Position numbers and translations under genes: made by a program. This document shows, one piece after another, positions 1-12,246 of a DNA stretch of 59,142 nucleotides; positions within the stretch are counted from its first letter, which is position 1, and each line of letters starts with the position of its first letter. The stretch is taken from contig NC_068981.1 of NCBI RefSeq assembly GCF_001194135.2, positions 193,700,266 through 193,759,407 on the forward strand, read 5' to 3'. The notes under the pieces were generated by a model. The model was given only the letters and a program-made list of their open reading frames with translations. It did no database searches and was not told the origin of the DNA. This DNA comes from Octopus bimaculoides. Its lineage: Eukaryota.

Positions 1-479
1 GCGGTAGCAGTAGCAGAAGCGACATTTGCAATGGTAATGGAGCGGCCACCTGCATCTTCAGAAGCCATGGAAGCAGTGATAGCGGCAGCGTTCGTAGCAA
101 GGCGAGTCGCCCGTTGTTCCAAACGTTTGGAAGACCTTGAAGCAGCAGTAGCCGCAGCGTTTTTAGTCAGTCGATTGGCCGTTTGTTGCTGGCCCTCCGA
201 AGCCCTGGAAGCAGCAGTAGCAGCAGCGTTTGTAGCCAGGCGCGTCGCCGTTTTTTCCGGGCCCTCTGTAGCTCTGGAAGTAGCGGTGTATGAAGCCATT
301 TTGGCTAGGCTTAGGGTGCGTTGTTGCAAACTTTCGGCAGCTCGGCATTTCGCTAAACATAAGGCGGCATGTGAAAGTCTAGAAGCAGTTTGCTCTGAGG
401 ACTCGTTTGCTCTAATCGCCCTTAGCGCCAGTGCTGAGGCGGTATGGCGACTGAGGCGCCTTCTCTTTTTCGGTGGCAT
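1..479 (-). mobile_element. Helitron-like Rep/helicase ORF N-terminus, open off the left edge
   Basis: ATG at 479, no stop down to base 1: MPPKKRRRLSRHTASALALRAIRANESSEQTASRL... followed by about three 23-aa repeats (SRASEGQQQTANRLTKNAAATAA). This resembles the NLS plus RAxE..E...RL repeat typical of animal Helitron N-termini; Rep and helicase domains are not visible. Confidence 0.62.
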
Positions 480-1675
480 TTTATGTGCCGAAGAAAGGAT
501 GAAAGTTACTGGTAGAGAGAAAGTGTGTAGGAAAGTATGCGTGAAATTGAAGTGGGAAAGGGTGATAAGAAACGGCCAATAAATAAATAAATAAATAAAT
601 AGACAGGTGTTTGTATGTATGTGATTAAATGTGTTTTAAAAAAGAATTTTAAAAAACTCACAGTTTGACTGTTTTCCTAGTGTTTCTGCTTGTTTTCTTG
701 TTTAATAGTTTGTTGGATCGTTCGTAAAGGTTCTTAATTAGCATTTAGAACGAAATTCAAGAAACTCACAGTTTGTATGGACAGTCTGTATTGAATAAAT
801 ATTTGACTGCGAAAGTTGAAGGACGGTGTTAGGAATGAGAAGTGAAGTTAGAATTCGGGCCAATGATAATGAGGTCATTGGTAACCATAGGTACATAAGT
901 GACAGGTATTTGCATGTATCTGTGTATTTGTATGTAAGTGTATAGGTGGCATTTCATGTGCGGAATAAAAGGTGAAAGGTGTTATAGAAAGAGGAAATGA
1001 CATTGTGTTACAGGGGAAAATATTTATTTGACTCTCACTCTTTTTCTTTCGTTTCTCTGTTAGGGTTTAGTTCCCGCCAATTAGAATGAGGTCATTGGTA
1101 ACTATAGGTACATATATATGTGTGTATTTACGTATGATTGGCATGTGTCTGTTTATGTAAACTGAGAACGAAATTTATTGCACAAATATTTGAAGATTTG
1201 AAAGTATTTTATTTGCCAAGGCTTATTCCTCATAGGAGCGGGTAGCCACAAGACACACACCAGGAATTCCATTCATTTCCCAGCTCAAAGAGGCCAGCCC
1301 CGTCCTATGCTCGGGTCAAGGCATAGAAAGCAACTCCCTATATCAGCAGCGGGGCCCGACAGCATATGCTGGTTTACCCTAACCGCATCATGTTGGTTCC
1401 GTACCCCTTTGAGCAACATCAATTCACTCATCCGCCCACAAACACTCTCCAAGCTTTTCTGTCATTAATAAATTATTGTTCCCTGGTCTACTCTGGCCCG
1501 GAATGGTAGCACCCGTAAGGGTCGCAGCTAGGGGTTAACTAGCGACTGGGGTGGGGGTACTGGTAGAATGCAGTCGCCGTATTCCCTGTGTGGCGTAACA
1601 AGCAACTAAAAGGGGCGGGAGCGAGGGGGCTGGGAATCCACTCCTCCTAGTAATCCTGTTTCCTAAAAAGACGAT

Positions 1676-2085
1676 TCTACATTTAAGAGATGAGGAATTA
1701 TATACATTATTTACATCTGACGAATATTTGTCCTCATCTTGTTTGTTGTTCTCTTAAATATAGAACTGTATTATCTAATCGGTACGGAGCCGACATTAGA
1801 CTTCAATGGAGACATACAGAGAAACTCCATCAAAAACTAGCTCGTCTTTCAAACCATCTAACTTACCTGTATAGGTGTAGAGACTCAAATCTAATACCAC
1901 CTGGCTTGAATATAATGACACCAGTGGATTCATATAAAGCTAGAAGAGTAGCGGAAAGTGCAGGACATGCCCTCGTCCGTGAGAAGATCCATTACAACCG
2001 TTGGCGGGGGAACATCAACTAAATAGTGTTCACAACAAACAAGATGAGGACAAATATCCGTCGAATGTAAATAATGTAAATAATA
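1676..2085 (+). mobile_element. Penelope-like fragment: inverted partial pLTR, ORF N-terminus, then pLTR piece
   Basis: About 1700-1750 is the reverse complement of about 2030-2085. Peptide KLARLSNHLTYLYRCRDSNLIPPGL resembles Penelope ORF N-termini. The pLTR sequence is shared with 14126-14529. Confidence 0.7.
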
Positions 2086-2351
2086 TACAAGAAAAAGAAC
2101 TGAAAGTAGATAACGTAAAATAGCAATAATAATACTTACAAAGAAGAACCGTCGCAGAAATATAAAACAAAAGTGTTTCTAATTTAGGTACAAAGCCAGC
2201 AGATTTGAGGGGAGGGGTGATTTGATTACATTGGTCCAGGTATTTAACTAAAACTTTATTTTATTGATACTAAAATACCTAAAGTGAAAGTTAACTGCAG
2301 CAGAATTTGAACTCAGAATGTAAGGCATCATGAGTAAATACCACAAGATAT

Positions 2352-3253
2352 TTAACCCCTTTTAAAACGGTTGACGTAAATTTACGCACCAGGTTCCACC
2401 ACCTTACCAGTTGTTTCTTCCAATTCGGACGATGACTCGGAGAGTGAGTACTTTCCTAGTTCAGAATCAGATAATTCCGATTATCGGTGAGATCATTTGT
2501 GAAATGGTACAAACTAATTTTCTTGTACATAGTTGACATGTGTATTTGTGAAGGCACATTTGATTTGGCAGATGCTTGGCAGTGTGGGGGATGGATTGAC
2601 ATTTAGGAATCTATTATTTCATGAAATCATAGAAGCATCAGACCTGCCAAAGTTCAGAACGCGTGGACGTCCCCATGCCGGACTCTCTCCTCACCGCATG
2701 GTGAAGGGACATGGACGTTATCCGCGACTGTTTCCCTCCACTGCCAAGAAGACAAATACTTCAAAGAGATGCAGTGTTTAAAGCAAAAGGGAAACAGAAG
2801 GGAACTAGATACCATTGTTCACGATGTGACATACCACTGCGTGTGGTACCCTGATTTGAACTCTACCACACTAATGTCAATTTTTGAATTCACGTGATTG
2901 TAAATACATGAAGTTGATCTGACCTGTGCTGTCGAGTGATCTTATTCAGGAATAATACTCCATGAGCGTCCTGCACAGGGATATAGTTTAAGCAAATAAA
3001 CAGTGCTTGCATTAAAGCGGTTGATGTAAATATACGTTGAACGTTATCTCTCACTGACTGCTGTCCTCAATATGTACGATTACCATTGCTGCGCGCAGGC
3101 AACCGAATGAATCACCACCGTAAGATGGTTAAAGCGGTTGATGTAAATATACACCAAACCATTGTCGTACCCTAATAGCTGATCTCAGCCGAGACGATTA
3201 CCGTCAACGCAACCTAATTGCTTGATAAAAAAAAAACGTAGTCATGAGGTTAA
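2352..3253 (+). mobile_element. Internally deleted piggyBac remnant retaining the Cys-rich C-terminal domain
   Basis: Starts TTAA-CCC at 2352. About 2533-2887 reads ...FPSTAKKTNTSKRCSV/KAKGKQKGTRYHCSRCDIPLRVVP*FELYH (frameshift and stop), matching the piggyBac C-terminal domain pattern. The right end (gagg-TTAA near 3250) is tentative. Confidence 0.72.
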
Positions 3254-3905
3254 TTCAATGTTCCAAACAATTCTGTTACCAATCAACCGACCTTAAATGA
3301 TAATAAAATAACAAGATACCAGAGCACCTTCTTTGCTGTCCAAAGGTGTATTGTTCCATAATAGTGATCAGATCAACTGGAACCCTCACTATCGTAACCA
3401 AAGGAGTATTGGTTTGCTTGCTTGTTTGTTTTGCTTTTTCCATAATGGTGAAAGTGTTTACTGAGACAGGGACCTCCATCGCTAAATATGAGAAAATGTT
3501 TCAAATAAAGCTTTTAGTTTTCATTTCAGAAAACACTTTCACATTTTACCCTGAAAAATAATTTCATTTCGCTGGGGTTTTTTTGGGGTTTTTTTTAGAA
3601 AGGAAAACTTTTTCGCATTTCCATCTGAAATCTCCAAATACATATTGTAACAATTAGAAGTTTGTATCTTTGTGTCTGCGTTTGTCCTCCACTACCATTT
3701 GACAACCGGTGTGTTTACGTCCCCCTAACCTAGCGGTTCAACAAAAGAGATCCAACAGAATAAGTACTAGGCTTTAAAAATATAAGCACTGGAGTCAATT
3801 CATTCGATTAGGAGCCCCAGCATGGTCACAATATAATGACTGGAACAACTAAAAGATATATCTTTATTAGTTACAACCAGGAACTAATAATAATTCTATC
3901 CATTA

Positions 3906-4745
3906 CACGAGGTATGATCAATAAGTATCCGGAATGGTGCTATAAAAACACAACTACAACACGTACCAATTTGGTGTTTAATCTCCGTCAAAGTAATCCC
4001 CTTTCGGAAGCCACACACTTAATCCAGCGCTGTTTCCAGTGATGGAAGCTTTCCTGGAACTCGTTTTCTGAGATAATCAGCAGCTTCCTCGTCGCATTTA
4101 CTTTGATTTCCTCGACGACCTGAAATCTTCCTTTCAAGCGGAATTTGATTTTTGGAAAGAGGAATAAGTCGCAAGGGCCGAGTTCTGGGGAATACGGTGA
4201 CTGTCGGACCTGGGGAATGTTGTGCCTAGCCAAATACTGCTACACAAGCTGCTCTGAATGGACGGGTGCGTTGTCAGCTGAAAACAATTTGGGCATCAAC
4301 TTGGCAGACCCAAATCTTCAGTGATAATGGACTGAACTGAACAGCAGCTAACCTGCACATCCTTCGATAACTCACGGATTCGACGATTTCCCCTCACAGC
4401 TGCGATGTTTTTCACGTTTTCTTTTTTGGGTTGCGGGTCTCCCAGAGCATTCGTCACTATCGACATGTTTTCGGTTCATACGCTTTCTGTAACTTTGCGT
4501 AGGCCTCTGAGCAGGTATCGCCAAGCTTTTGGCAAAATTTGATGCAGATTTATGGTCAATGCGACGATCACACGCTACACACCTTCCTTCCAAGCACTGC
4601 TGTGATGGAAGTGAGCTAGGGCGTTAAAACTTAATGCGCGTGCACAGTAGAGTTTAAGGTCAATCTGTGCCAAGCGGTACCACTTTGTGTGCTTTAGCTT
4701 CGTTCCGATGGCAACAATCCGGATACTTATTAATCAGCCCACATA
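3906..4745 (-). mobile_element. Internally deleted mariner transposon
   Basis: Degenerate TIRs at 3906-3933 and 4718-4745 (core atcaataagtatccgga / tccggatacttattaat), with TA at the left. C-terminus QSPYSPELGPCDLFLFPKIK...WKQRWIKCV; N-terminal relic ICIKFCQKLG. Confidence 0.85.
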
Positions 4746-6805
4746 TTGTCTCTTTTTTTTTTCCACCATTCATATCTTGACAGCCAGACAGATTGTAAAA
4801 CACACAGTAGATATGAAAGGAATCATCAATTGTACACAAATAAACTCGAGTTAAAGGATTGGGTACTCTTTATATTGTTGTGGGGGTGTCGTTTGTGAAT
4901 TTGATGTTGGTGGAGAATGAAAATGCCTCTCTTGGGTTGCGTGTGCGAACAATTAACAGAAGCTTAATTTACTGCACACATCATTTTCTGTGTTGGTCTT
5001 GGGGTGAAAAATAAACACGACAATTTATACACCAAGTGAAACATACAATTGGAATCTACGACAAACTAACAGGTACATGTCAATGTGCGTCTGACGCTTC
5101 ACAACTGAAAAATAATTGCGCTGTATTCATAATGACATAATTTGTGTCTTTGAAACATCCAAGAGAATGGATACATTACATGGCTGCCCTCAACATGTTA
5201 GGGGCAGCTGCCTCACGTTCTGAGATTGCTGCCAAAAACACCATTTTATAGAGCACAATGAGAATGTTTCAGAAAGTCAAATCACGTGATGGCTTGACGT
5301 TGATTGATTAGTTAATCAGTTGAGCCTTGATGTTTACTCGGCTATTCAGCAATTCCATTAAGAATCTGTTACAATATAATCGTCTTAATCAGCTATCCAT
5401 GTTGACATGGTTAGACAATGCAGCATGATCCAAAAGTCTAGCTACCCTTCCTAATGCCAACCAATTCATAGAGTGTGTTGGGTACATGTTAGCATGACCT
5501 CAGGACAACTGAAGTTCTTTTTCTGCCTCTCAAACTTTTCAATATTGCTCAACACTGCTAGGGTAACTTTGCCGAGTACAAGGGAAAAGACGTGGGGGTG
5601 GGTATATGGATGTCCGACCCATACCAGCATGGAAAACAGATATTAAGTGATGATGATTACATATATCTATATATAATAAGAGGGAGAGAGAGATAGATAC
5701 TGGTGTCACGCAAATGGCACCCGTACCGGTGGCACGTAAAAGCACCCATTACACCCTCGGAATAGTTGGCGTTAAGAAGAGCCGTAGAAACCATGCCAAA
5801 TCAGACAGGAGTCCGGTGCGGCCTTCCAGCTTGTTAGCCCCAGTCAAACCATCCAACCCATGCCAGCATGGACAATGGACATTAAATGATGACATATATA
5901 TATATATATATATATANNNNNNNNNNNNNNNNNNNNNNNNNNNNNNNNNNNNNNNNNNNNNNNNNNNNNNNNNNNNNNNNNNNNNNNNNNNNNNNNNNNN
6001 NNNNNNNNNNNNNNNNNNNNNNNNNNNNNNNNNNNNNNNNNNNNNNNNNNNNNNNNNNNNNNNNNNNNNNNNNNNNNNNNNNNNNNNNNNNNNNNNNNNN
6101 NNNNNNNNNNNNNNNNNNNNNNNNNNNNNNNNNNNNNNNNNNNNNNNNNNNNNNNNNNNNNNNNNNNNNNNNNNNNNNNNNNNNNNNNNNNNNNNNNNNN
6201 NNNNNNNNNNNNNNNNNNNNNNNNNNNNNNNNNNNNNNNNNNNNNNNNNNNNNNNNNNNNNNNNNNNNNNNNNNNNNNNNNNNNNNNNNNNNNNNNNNNN
6301 NNNNNNNNNNNNNNNNNNNNNNNNNNNNNNNNNNNNNNNNNNNNNNNNNNNNNNNNNNNNNNNNNNNNNNNNNNNNNNNNNNNNNNNNNNNNNNNNNNNN
6401 NNNNNNNNNNNNNNNNNNNNNNNNNNNNNNNNNNNNNNNNNNNNNNNNNNNNNNNNNNNNNNNNNNNNNNNNNNNNNNNNNNNNNNNNNNNNNNNNNNNN
6501 NNNNNNNNNNNNNNNNNNNNNNNNNNNNNNNNNNNNNNNNNNNNNNNNNNNNNNNNNNNNNNNNNNNNNNNNNNNNNNNNNNNNNNNNNNNNNNNNNNNN
6601 NNNNNNNNNNNNNNNNNNNNNNNNNNNNNNNNNNNNNNNNNNNNNNNNNNNNNNNNNNNNNNNNNNNNNNNNNNNNNNNNNNNNNNNNNNNNNNNNNNNN
6701 TATATATATATATATTAGACTGACAGAGACAGAAAGTTCGATAGATAGAAATGTATAATGGTGTATAAATAATGATGCACATAAATACACCGTATACTAT
6801 GTGTA

Positions 6806-7110
6806 CGTGTATTCTTTTATCTGACTGCGGCCATACTGGAGCACCACCTTTAGTTGAACAAATCGATCCCAGGACTTATTCTTTCTAAGCTTAGTACTTA
6901 TTCTATTGGTCTCTTTTTCCTAACCGCTAAGCTATGGTAGCGGGGTGGGGACAAACACAGACACACAAATTATATTCCGTCTACCAAATCCATTCACAAG
7001 GCTTCGGTTGGCCCGCGGCTATAGTAGAAGACACTTGCCCAAGGTGCCACGCAGTGGGCCTGAACCCGGAATCATGTGGTTGGGAAGCAAACTACTTACC
7101 ATACACCACA
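6806..7110 (-). mobile_element. tRNA-derived SINE family A, bipartite with a central microsatellite in fuller copies
   Basis: Head gtggctgtgtggtaag..ggttcagtcccactgcgtggcaccttgggcaagtgtcttct; tail ...ctccagcatggccgcagtcaaatgactgaaac. Other copies at about 3660-3850, 8762-9340, 12880-13100, 24920-25290, 25710-26110, 41270-41940, 49130-49540 and 54295-54630. Confidence 0.8.
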
Positions 7111-7454
7111 CGATACATACAGCATTATATAAACTGCATTATATACACACCAGCATACACACACAATGCAGAATCAACATGATATTACACATATAACATT
7201 AAAACAACAGTTTTATACACCTTATATATGCACTTTATATATACATTATACATATATTTTTACACACTAATCATAATATACACACCATTGTTTGATGCAT
7301 AATACATACAGGACTATACACAAACGCATTATTCATACAATATTAAAACATTATATGCATAATATGTGTTATTATATACAATGCAACATATACACACAAT
7401 TATTCAGAGTATTCTATACACTTTTATTATATATGGCTGACATATAATATACTT

Positions 7455-7815
7455 TGTTTTTGTATTTGGATTGCAAGATTCTTTATGTGAATTCATGTGT
7501 TGAAGCATATTTTGTTGTGTCTGGGGAGAGTCGTTCTCTTTTAATGTCTTATTGCTTAACACACTCACCGGCTCAATTTCCACTCATTTACCTATTTATT
7601 TTTTCTATAATTTTCGCTGTGTCTCGCAACCTTTTCAAGATTCCACCCATTTATTTATTTCTTCTAAAATTTACGTTGTATCATTGACTCTTGAAAAGGT
7701 TGCAAGACGTAACGAAATTTTTTTTAAAATAAGTAAATGAGTGGAAATTGAACTAGTGAGTGTGTTAAATTATAAGACACTAAAAGAGAATGACTCTCCC
7801 CAGACACAACAGAAT
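7455..7815. mobile_element. Foldback MITE-like element; second copy at about 32630-33090
   Basis: Long inverted arms tgttgtgtctggggagagtc...gcaaccttttcaa / ttgaaaaggttgcaagac...gactctccccagacacaaca in both copies. Confidence 0.75.
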
Positions 7816-8963
7816 AGATTATACTCATATTTCTGAAACGTTAATTTTCTGTCATAAAGGAGATTATAATTAGTAAAGTTCCATACATAAGGGCAGGTAC
7901 ATTTGCATGGTTAAGGTAGACATAGGCATGATTGTGTGGTTGAGAGGTTTGCCTTGCAACCAGATGTTTCAGATCCACTGTTTGGCATTTTAGACAAGTG
8001 TAGCCTCACACAAACCAGTGCCTTGTGAGTGAAATTGGTAAATGGAAACTTCGTGGAAGCCTGTCCTACACTTGCGTTTCTCCGTGTGTGTGTGTGTGTG
8101 CGTGCGTTTGAATGTTCATGTGCGTGTGTGTCTGATTGTACATTTGTAAGCATGTGCTTGTGTGTGTGCATGTATGTGTGTTTGCATTTGTGTTTACGTG
8201 TTTGTGTGTGCGTGTGTGTCTGTGTGTGTAAGTGTGTATGCATTTGTGTGTGTGTGTGTGTGTTTGCGTTTCTGTGCATGTTTTCATTCCTATCTTCACT
8301 TTTGTAACACTTGAGAACATATCTTTCTTTCTATTCCATAACTTAACAGTCCAACATACAGAGATTGAAAAAGTAAGTGCCTCATGCTGAAAAAATAGAT
8401 AAAATTATCGCTATACTTAATTAAAACCAAGAAAAGCAGTCAATCTGATAATAACATGCGTTTCTCAACAGAACATTCCCTGGGGTGGTGGGGGCACACA
8501 ATTGTTAGGGTGTGTATATAGGTAGTCATGGTAATTAAGTTTCAATGTAACACTGACAGTTATTTCATTGAGAATGGGTGGGTGTGGGGGTGAATGAAAG
8601 GCACCGGTGGGATTTTAACCTGAATTGTATCCTTACATTAAATCATCACCATTTTGTATATCATACTAAAAGTATACACCATTAAAAGGCATGACACTGC
8701 TGAATTGTCTGAGATGAAAAATCTCTTCATTAAAAACATGACATGTGTGTGTGTGTAGGTATGTTCTTTATTCTTTTACTTGTTTCAGTCATTTGACTGT
8801 GGCCATACTGGAGCACCGCCTTTAGTCGAGCAAATCGACCCTAGGACTTATTCTTAGCCTAGTACTTATTCTATCAGTCTCTTTTGCCGTAAACACACCA
8901 TCATCGGTTGTCAAGCAATGTTGACGGGGGCAAACAGACACACAAACATATACACACACATAC

Positions 8964-8995
<32 letters not shown>

Positions 8996-9138
8996 ATATA
9001 TATACTTTGGGAACGTGAAACTCAGAGTAACGGTTTTTTTGTTATATTTCTGCTGCTTTTAAATAAAGCATATTACTCTACCTCTGGTATTTGAGTACTC
9101 TTTTTTCCACCTTGTTGCACATTTCATGTGCTTACTCC

Positions 9139-9179
<41 letters not shown>

Positions 9180-9564
9180 GACAGGCATCTTTCAGTTTGC
9201 ATTTACCAAATCCACTCACAAGGCTTTGGCTGGCCCAAGGCTATAGTAGAAGACACTTGCCCAAGGTGCCACGCTGTGGGACTGAACCCGGAACCATGTG
9301 GTTGGTAAAAAAGCTACCACACAGCTATGCTTGTGCCTATATATATATATCGGAATGAGATGAACACAAGATGACTCACAAGAATGACAGACCTGTTTCA
9401 CTTTTGTTCAGGCTTGTTTATGCCTTGCACTCAACTTATCACTTCTTGCCAAAACAAATTCATGCTTTGATATACAGCAAATTGAGTATATCATTCGTTA
9501 GTACAGCATAAGTTAATGCTGTGTATATACAGATGGCGATTTTCATTGCATACTTTTTCAATTG

Positions 9565-10180
9565 CATATACCAAGTTTGAATCTTTTTTAAAACGGGGGC
9601 CACATTTTTCATTAACAAAACACTTTGAAACTTGGAACACTGGTAGAATGTGTCATATAAAACATCTTTTTTCTCTTAGTCTTCTTAAAAAAAAAAGAAA
9701 TCCATAAGTTATTCCATGTGAAAGTTGTCGTATTTCTGTAATTTCAACCAATCACTGACGTCCATTCAGCCGATATACATTAAGTGCCGACTACATAAAC
9801 AAACGATTCTGAAACAATTAACCCTAACTCTAACCCTAACCCTAACCCTAGGGTTAGGGTTAGGGTTAGGGTTAAAGCAAATTTAAAATGAAAAAAGCAA
9901 ATAAAACGAAGGTATGGAGATTAAATACGCTTTACATCGCTTAATCAGCCAAAGGAGTAAATGTAAACAACTGAATACTTGTCAGTGATTGGTTGAAATT
10001 ATCGAAATAAGACAATTTTTTACATGAATTCGAATACAAAAATATTTTTCTGTTCTATAACACAAAATAGATAAGTATACGAAGTTTGAAAGTCTTTCGC
10101 TACCAAAAACACTACGTAAAACATTAATGAAAAATGTGGCCCCCGTTTTAAAATAGATCCCCAAGTTTTTCTACAGCCCA
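9565..10180. mobile_element. Foldback element with a central telomeric-repeat palindrome
   Basis: Outer IR ttttaaaacgggggccacatttttcattaa (about 9586-9615 / 10123-10152), inner IR tttcaaccaatcactgac (about 9741-9760 / 9981-10000), centre (CCCTAA)n(TTAGGG)n at 9818-9875. Confidence 0.75.
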
Positions 10181-10583
10181 GCAAGGCTTTTGCAATATCA
10201 GCGAATGTACTTTTCACAATTTCCTATATATTGATAGGAAATAGCGAAACCAAGCCAAATCGGACTGCATCTTGGAGCAGCTGGCCAGCTCTGGTCAAAC
10301 CATTCCAGCCATGCCAGCATGGAAAATGGACATTAAATGAAATTATGAGAATCTGTAGAGATACACTTAAAAACTAAATGCATGGTACTGACAAGCCGCA
10401 ACAAAAGTGAAATGCATCTGTCATTCTCATGAATCCTTCCAGTGTCATTGTTCATCTCATTTTGACAAATATTGTGGTTGTAATACAAATGTGTAAAGAC
10501 ATTTTCATCTCAAACAAATCCAGTTTTGTGTCTTTTAATAGTTTCTATGCATTTAATATGATACACAGCTGGTGATTTTAATA

Positions 10584-10943
10584 TTACGCATTCTTTGTAT
10601 AAAGCCATGGATGACTTTTCTTGTAATAAAAATAAACTAGAACAGCTATTAAAGCTATAATAAACATTATAACTATGATAATTACATTAGTTATGGTATC
10701 TAAGCTTTTTTCCTTAACGGCAATATAAACTCCACCTTGTTTGATATGTGAATGAGCGACACCATTTTCAATTTCTGTGACAATTCTCTGCCAAACTCCA
10801 TATTTCTTTTCACCTGTTCGATACACGCTGATAATGTCAGAATCACTATCAGTAAGATTAATACTCAAATGGACAGTGTTTTCAGCAGCAAAATTTTCCA
10901 CTGGTAACAGAAGTATGAAGTCACTGGCAAATCCCTCCACAAT
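10584..10943 (-). CDS. DD3-3: DD3-3-like last coding exon with transmembrane helix and short tail, ending in TAA
   Basis: Acceptor ttttgcag. Encodes IVEGFASDF...[33 protein letters not shown], a hydrophobic run followed by KK. Confidence 0.85.
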   Translation of the reverse strand: MVEGFASDFILLLPVENFAAENTVHLSINLTDSDSDIISVYRTGEKKYGVWQRIVTEIENGVAHSHIKQGGVYIAVKEKSLDTITNVIIIVIMFIIALIAVLVYFYYKKSHPWLYTKNA

Positions 10944-12209
10944 CTGCAAAAGTTTTAAAAAACAAAAGAGAGAAATGTATAATTTGAAGATAAATGTCAA
11001 ATTAATATCTATTTCTTTATTGTCCAAAGGGGGCTAAACATAGAGGGGACAAACAAAGACAGACAAAGGGATTAAGTCGATTACATCAACTCCAGTGTGT
11101 AACTGGTATTTATTTAATCGACCCCGAAAGGATAAAAGGCAAAGTCGACCTCGGTGGAATTTGAACTCAGAAGATAAACACGGCGAAATACCGCTAAGTA
11201 TTTCGCCCGGCATGCTAATGTTTCTGCCAGCTCACCACTCAAATTAATATCAACATCAGCATTGTCGTTCATCAACATCGTTGTTTAATGTCTACTTTCC
11301 ATGATTTTCTACAGCTGGATGCCCTTCCTAATGCCAACCACTCCGAGTGTGTAGTGGGTGCTTTTTACGTGCCACTGGCACGATGGTGGTGGTGGTAGTG
11401 GAGGGTAGTCAGGTGGCACGATGGTGGTGGTGGTAGTGGAGGGTAGTCAGGTGGCACTNNNNNNNNNNNNNNNNNNNNNNNNNNNNNNNNNNNNNNNNNN
11501 NNNNNNNNNNNNNNNNNNNNNNNNNNNNNNNNNNNNNNNNNNNNNNNNNNNNNNNNNNNNNNNNNNNNNNNNNNNNNNNNNNNNNNNNNNNNNNNNNNNN
11601 NNNNNNNNNNNNNNNNNNNNNNNNNNNNNNNNNNNNNNNNNNNNNNNNNNNNNNNNNNNNNNNNNNNNNNNNNNNNNNNNNNNNNNNNNNNNNNNNNNNN
11701 NNNNNNNNNNNNNNNNNNNNNNNTGGCACGATGGTGGTGGTGGTAGTGGAGGGTAGTCAGGTGGCACGATGGTGGTGGTGGTAGTGGAGGGTAGTCAGGT
11801 GGCACGATGGTGGTGGTGGTAGTGGAGGGTAGTCAGGTGGCACTGGCATCAACCATGCCCAAATGGTGCTTTTTATGTGCCACTGGCACAGGAGTCAGTC
11901 AGGTTGCACTGACATTGACCAAGCTCAAATGGTGCATTTTATGTGCCCCCTGCATGGAGGCCTGTCAGGCGGCACTGGCACGTATATATCTGCGCGTGTG
12001 TGCGGTGCATGTGTATATAGATATATGCGTAGTTTTAGACGCGTTTTGACCTTGTCACTACGCAGTCATTTCCCATTGTTTTAACAGTCATTTTTCACAG
12101 GAATTTTCAATGGCCGGATAACTGAAGAGATGTTGGCGTGGGCTCCCACCCTGGCATCCAAAACTCTCAGTTTTATCATGGCTACTGAATAAGTGTCATA
12201 TATTTTTAC

Positions 12210-12246
<37 letters not shown>

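Noticed and set aside
31-582. 183-aa Ala/Val-rich plus-strand ORF
   Set aside because: It is the antisense shadow of the repetitive Helitron-like ORF on the minus strand.
9818-9875. Relic of a telomere-telomere fusion
   Set aside because: The orientation is (CCCTAA)n then (TTAGGG)n, opposite to a fusion, and it sits inside nested inverted repeats.
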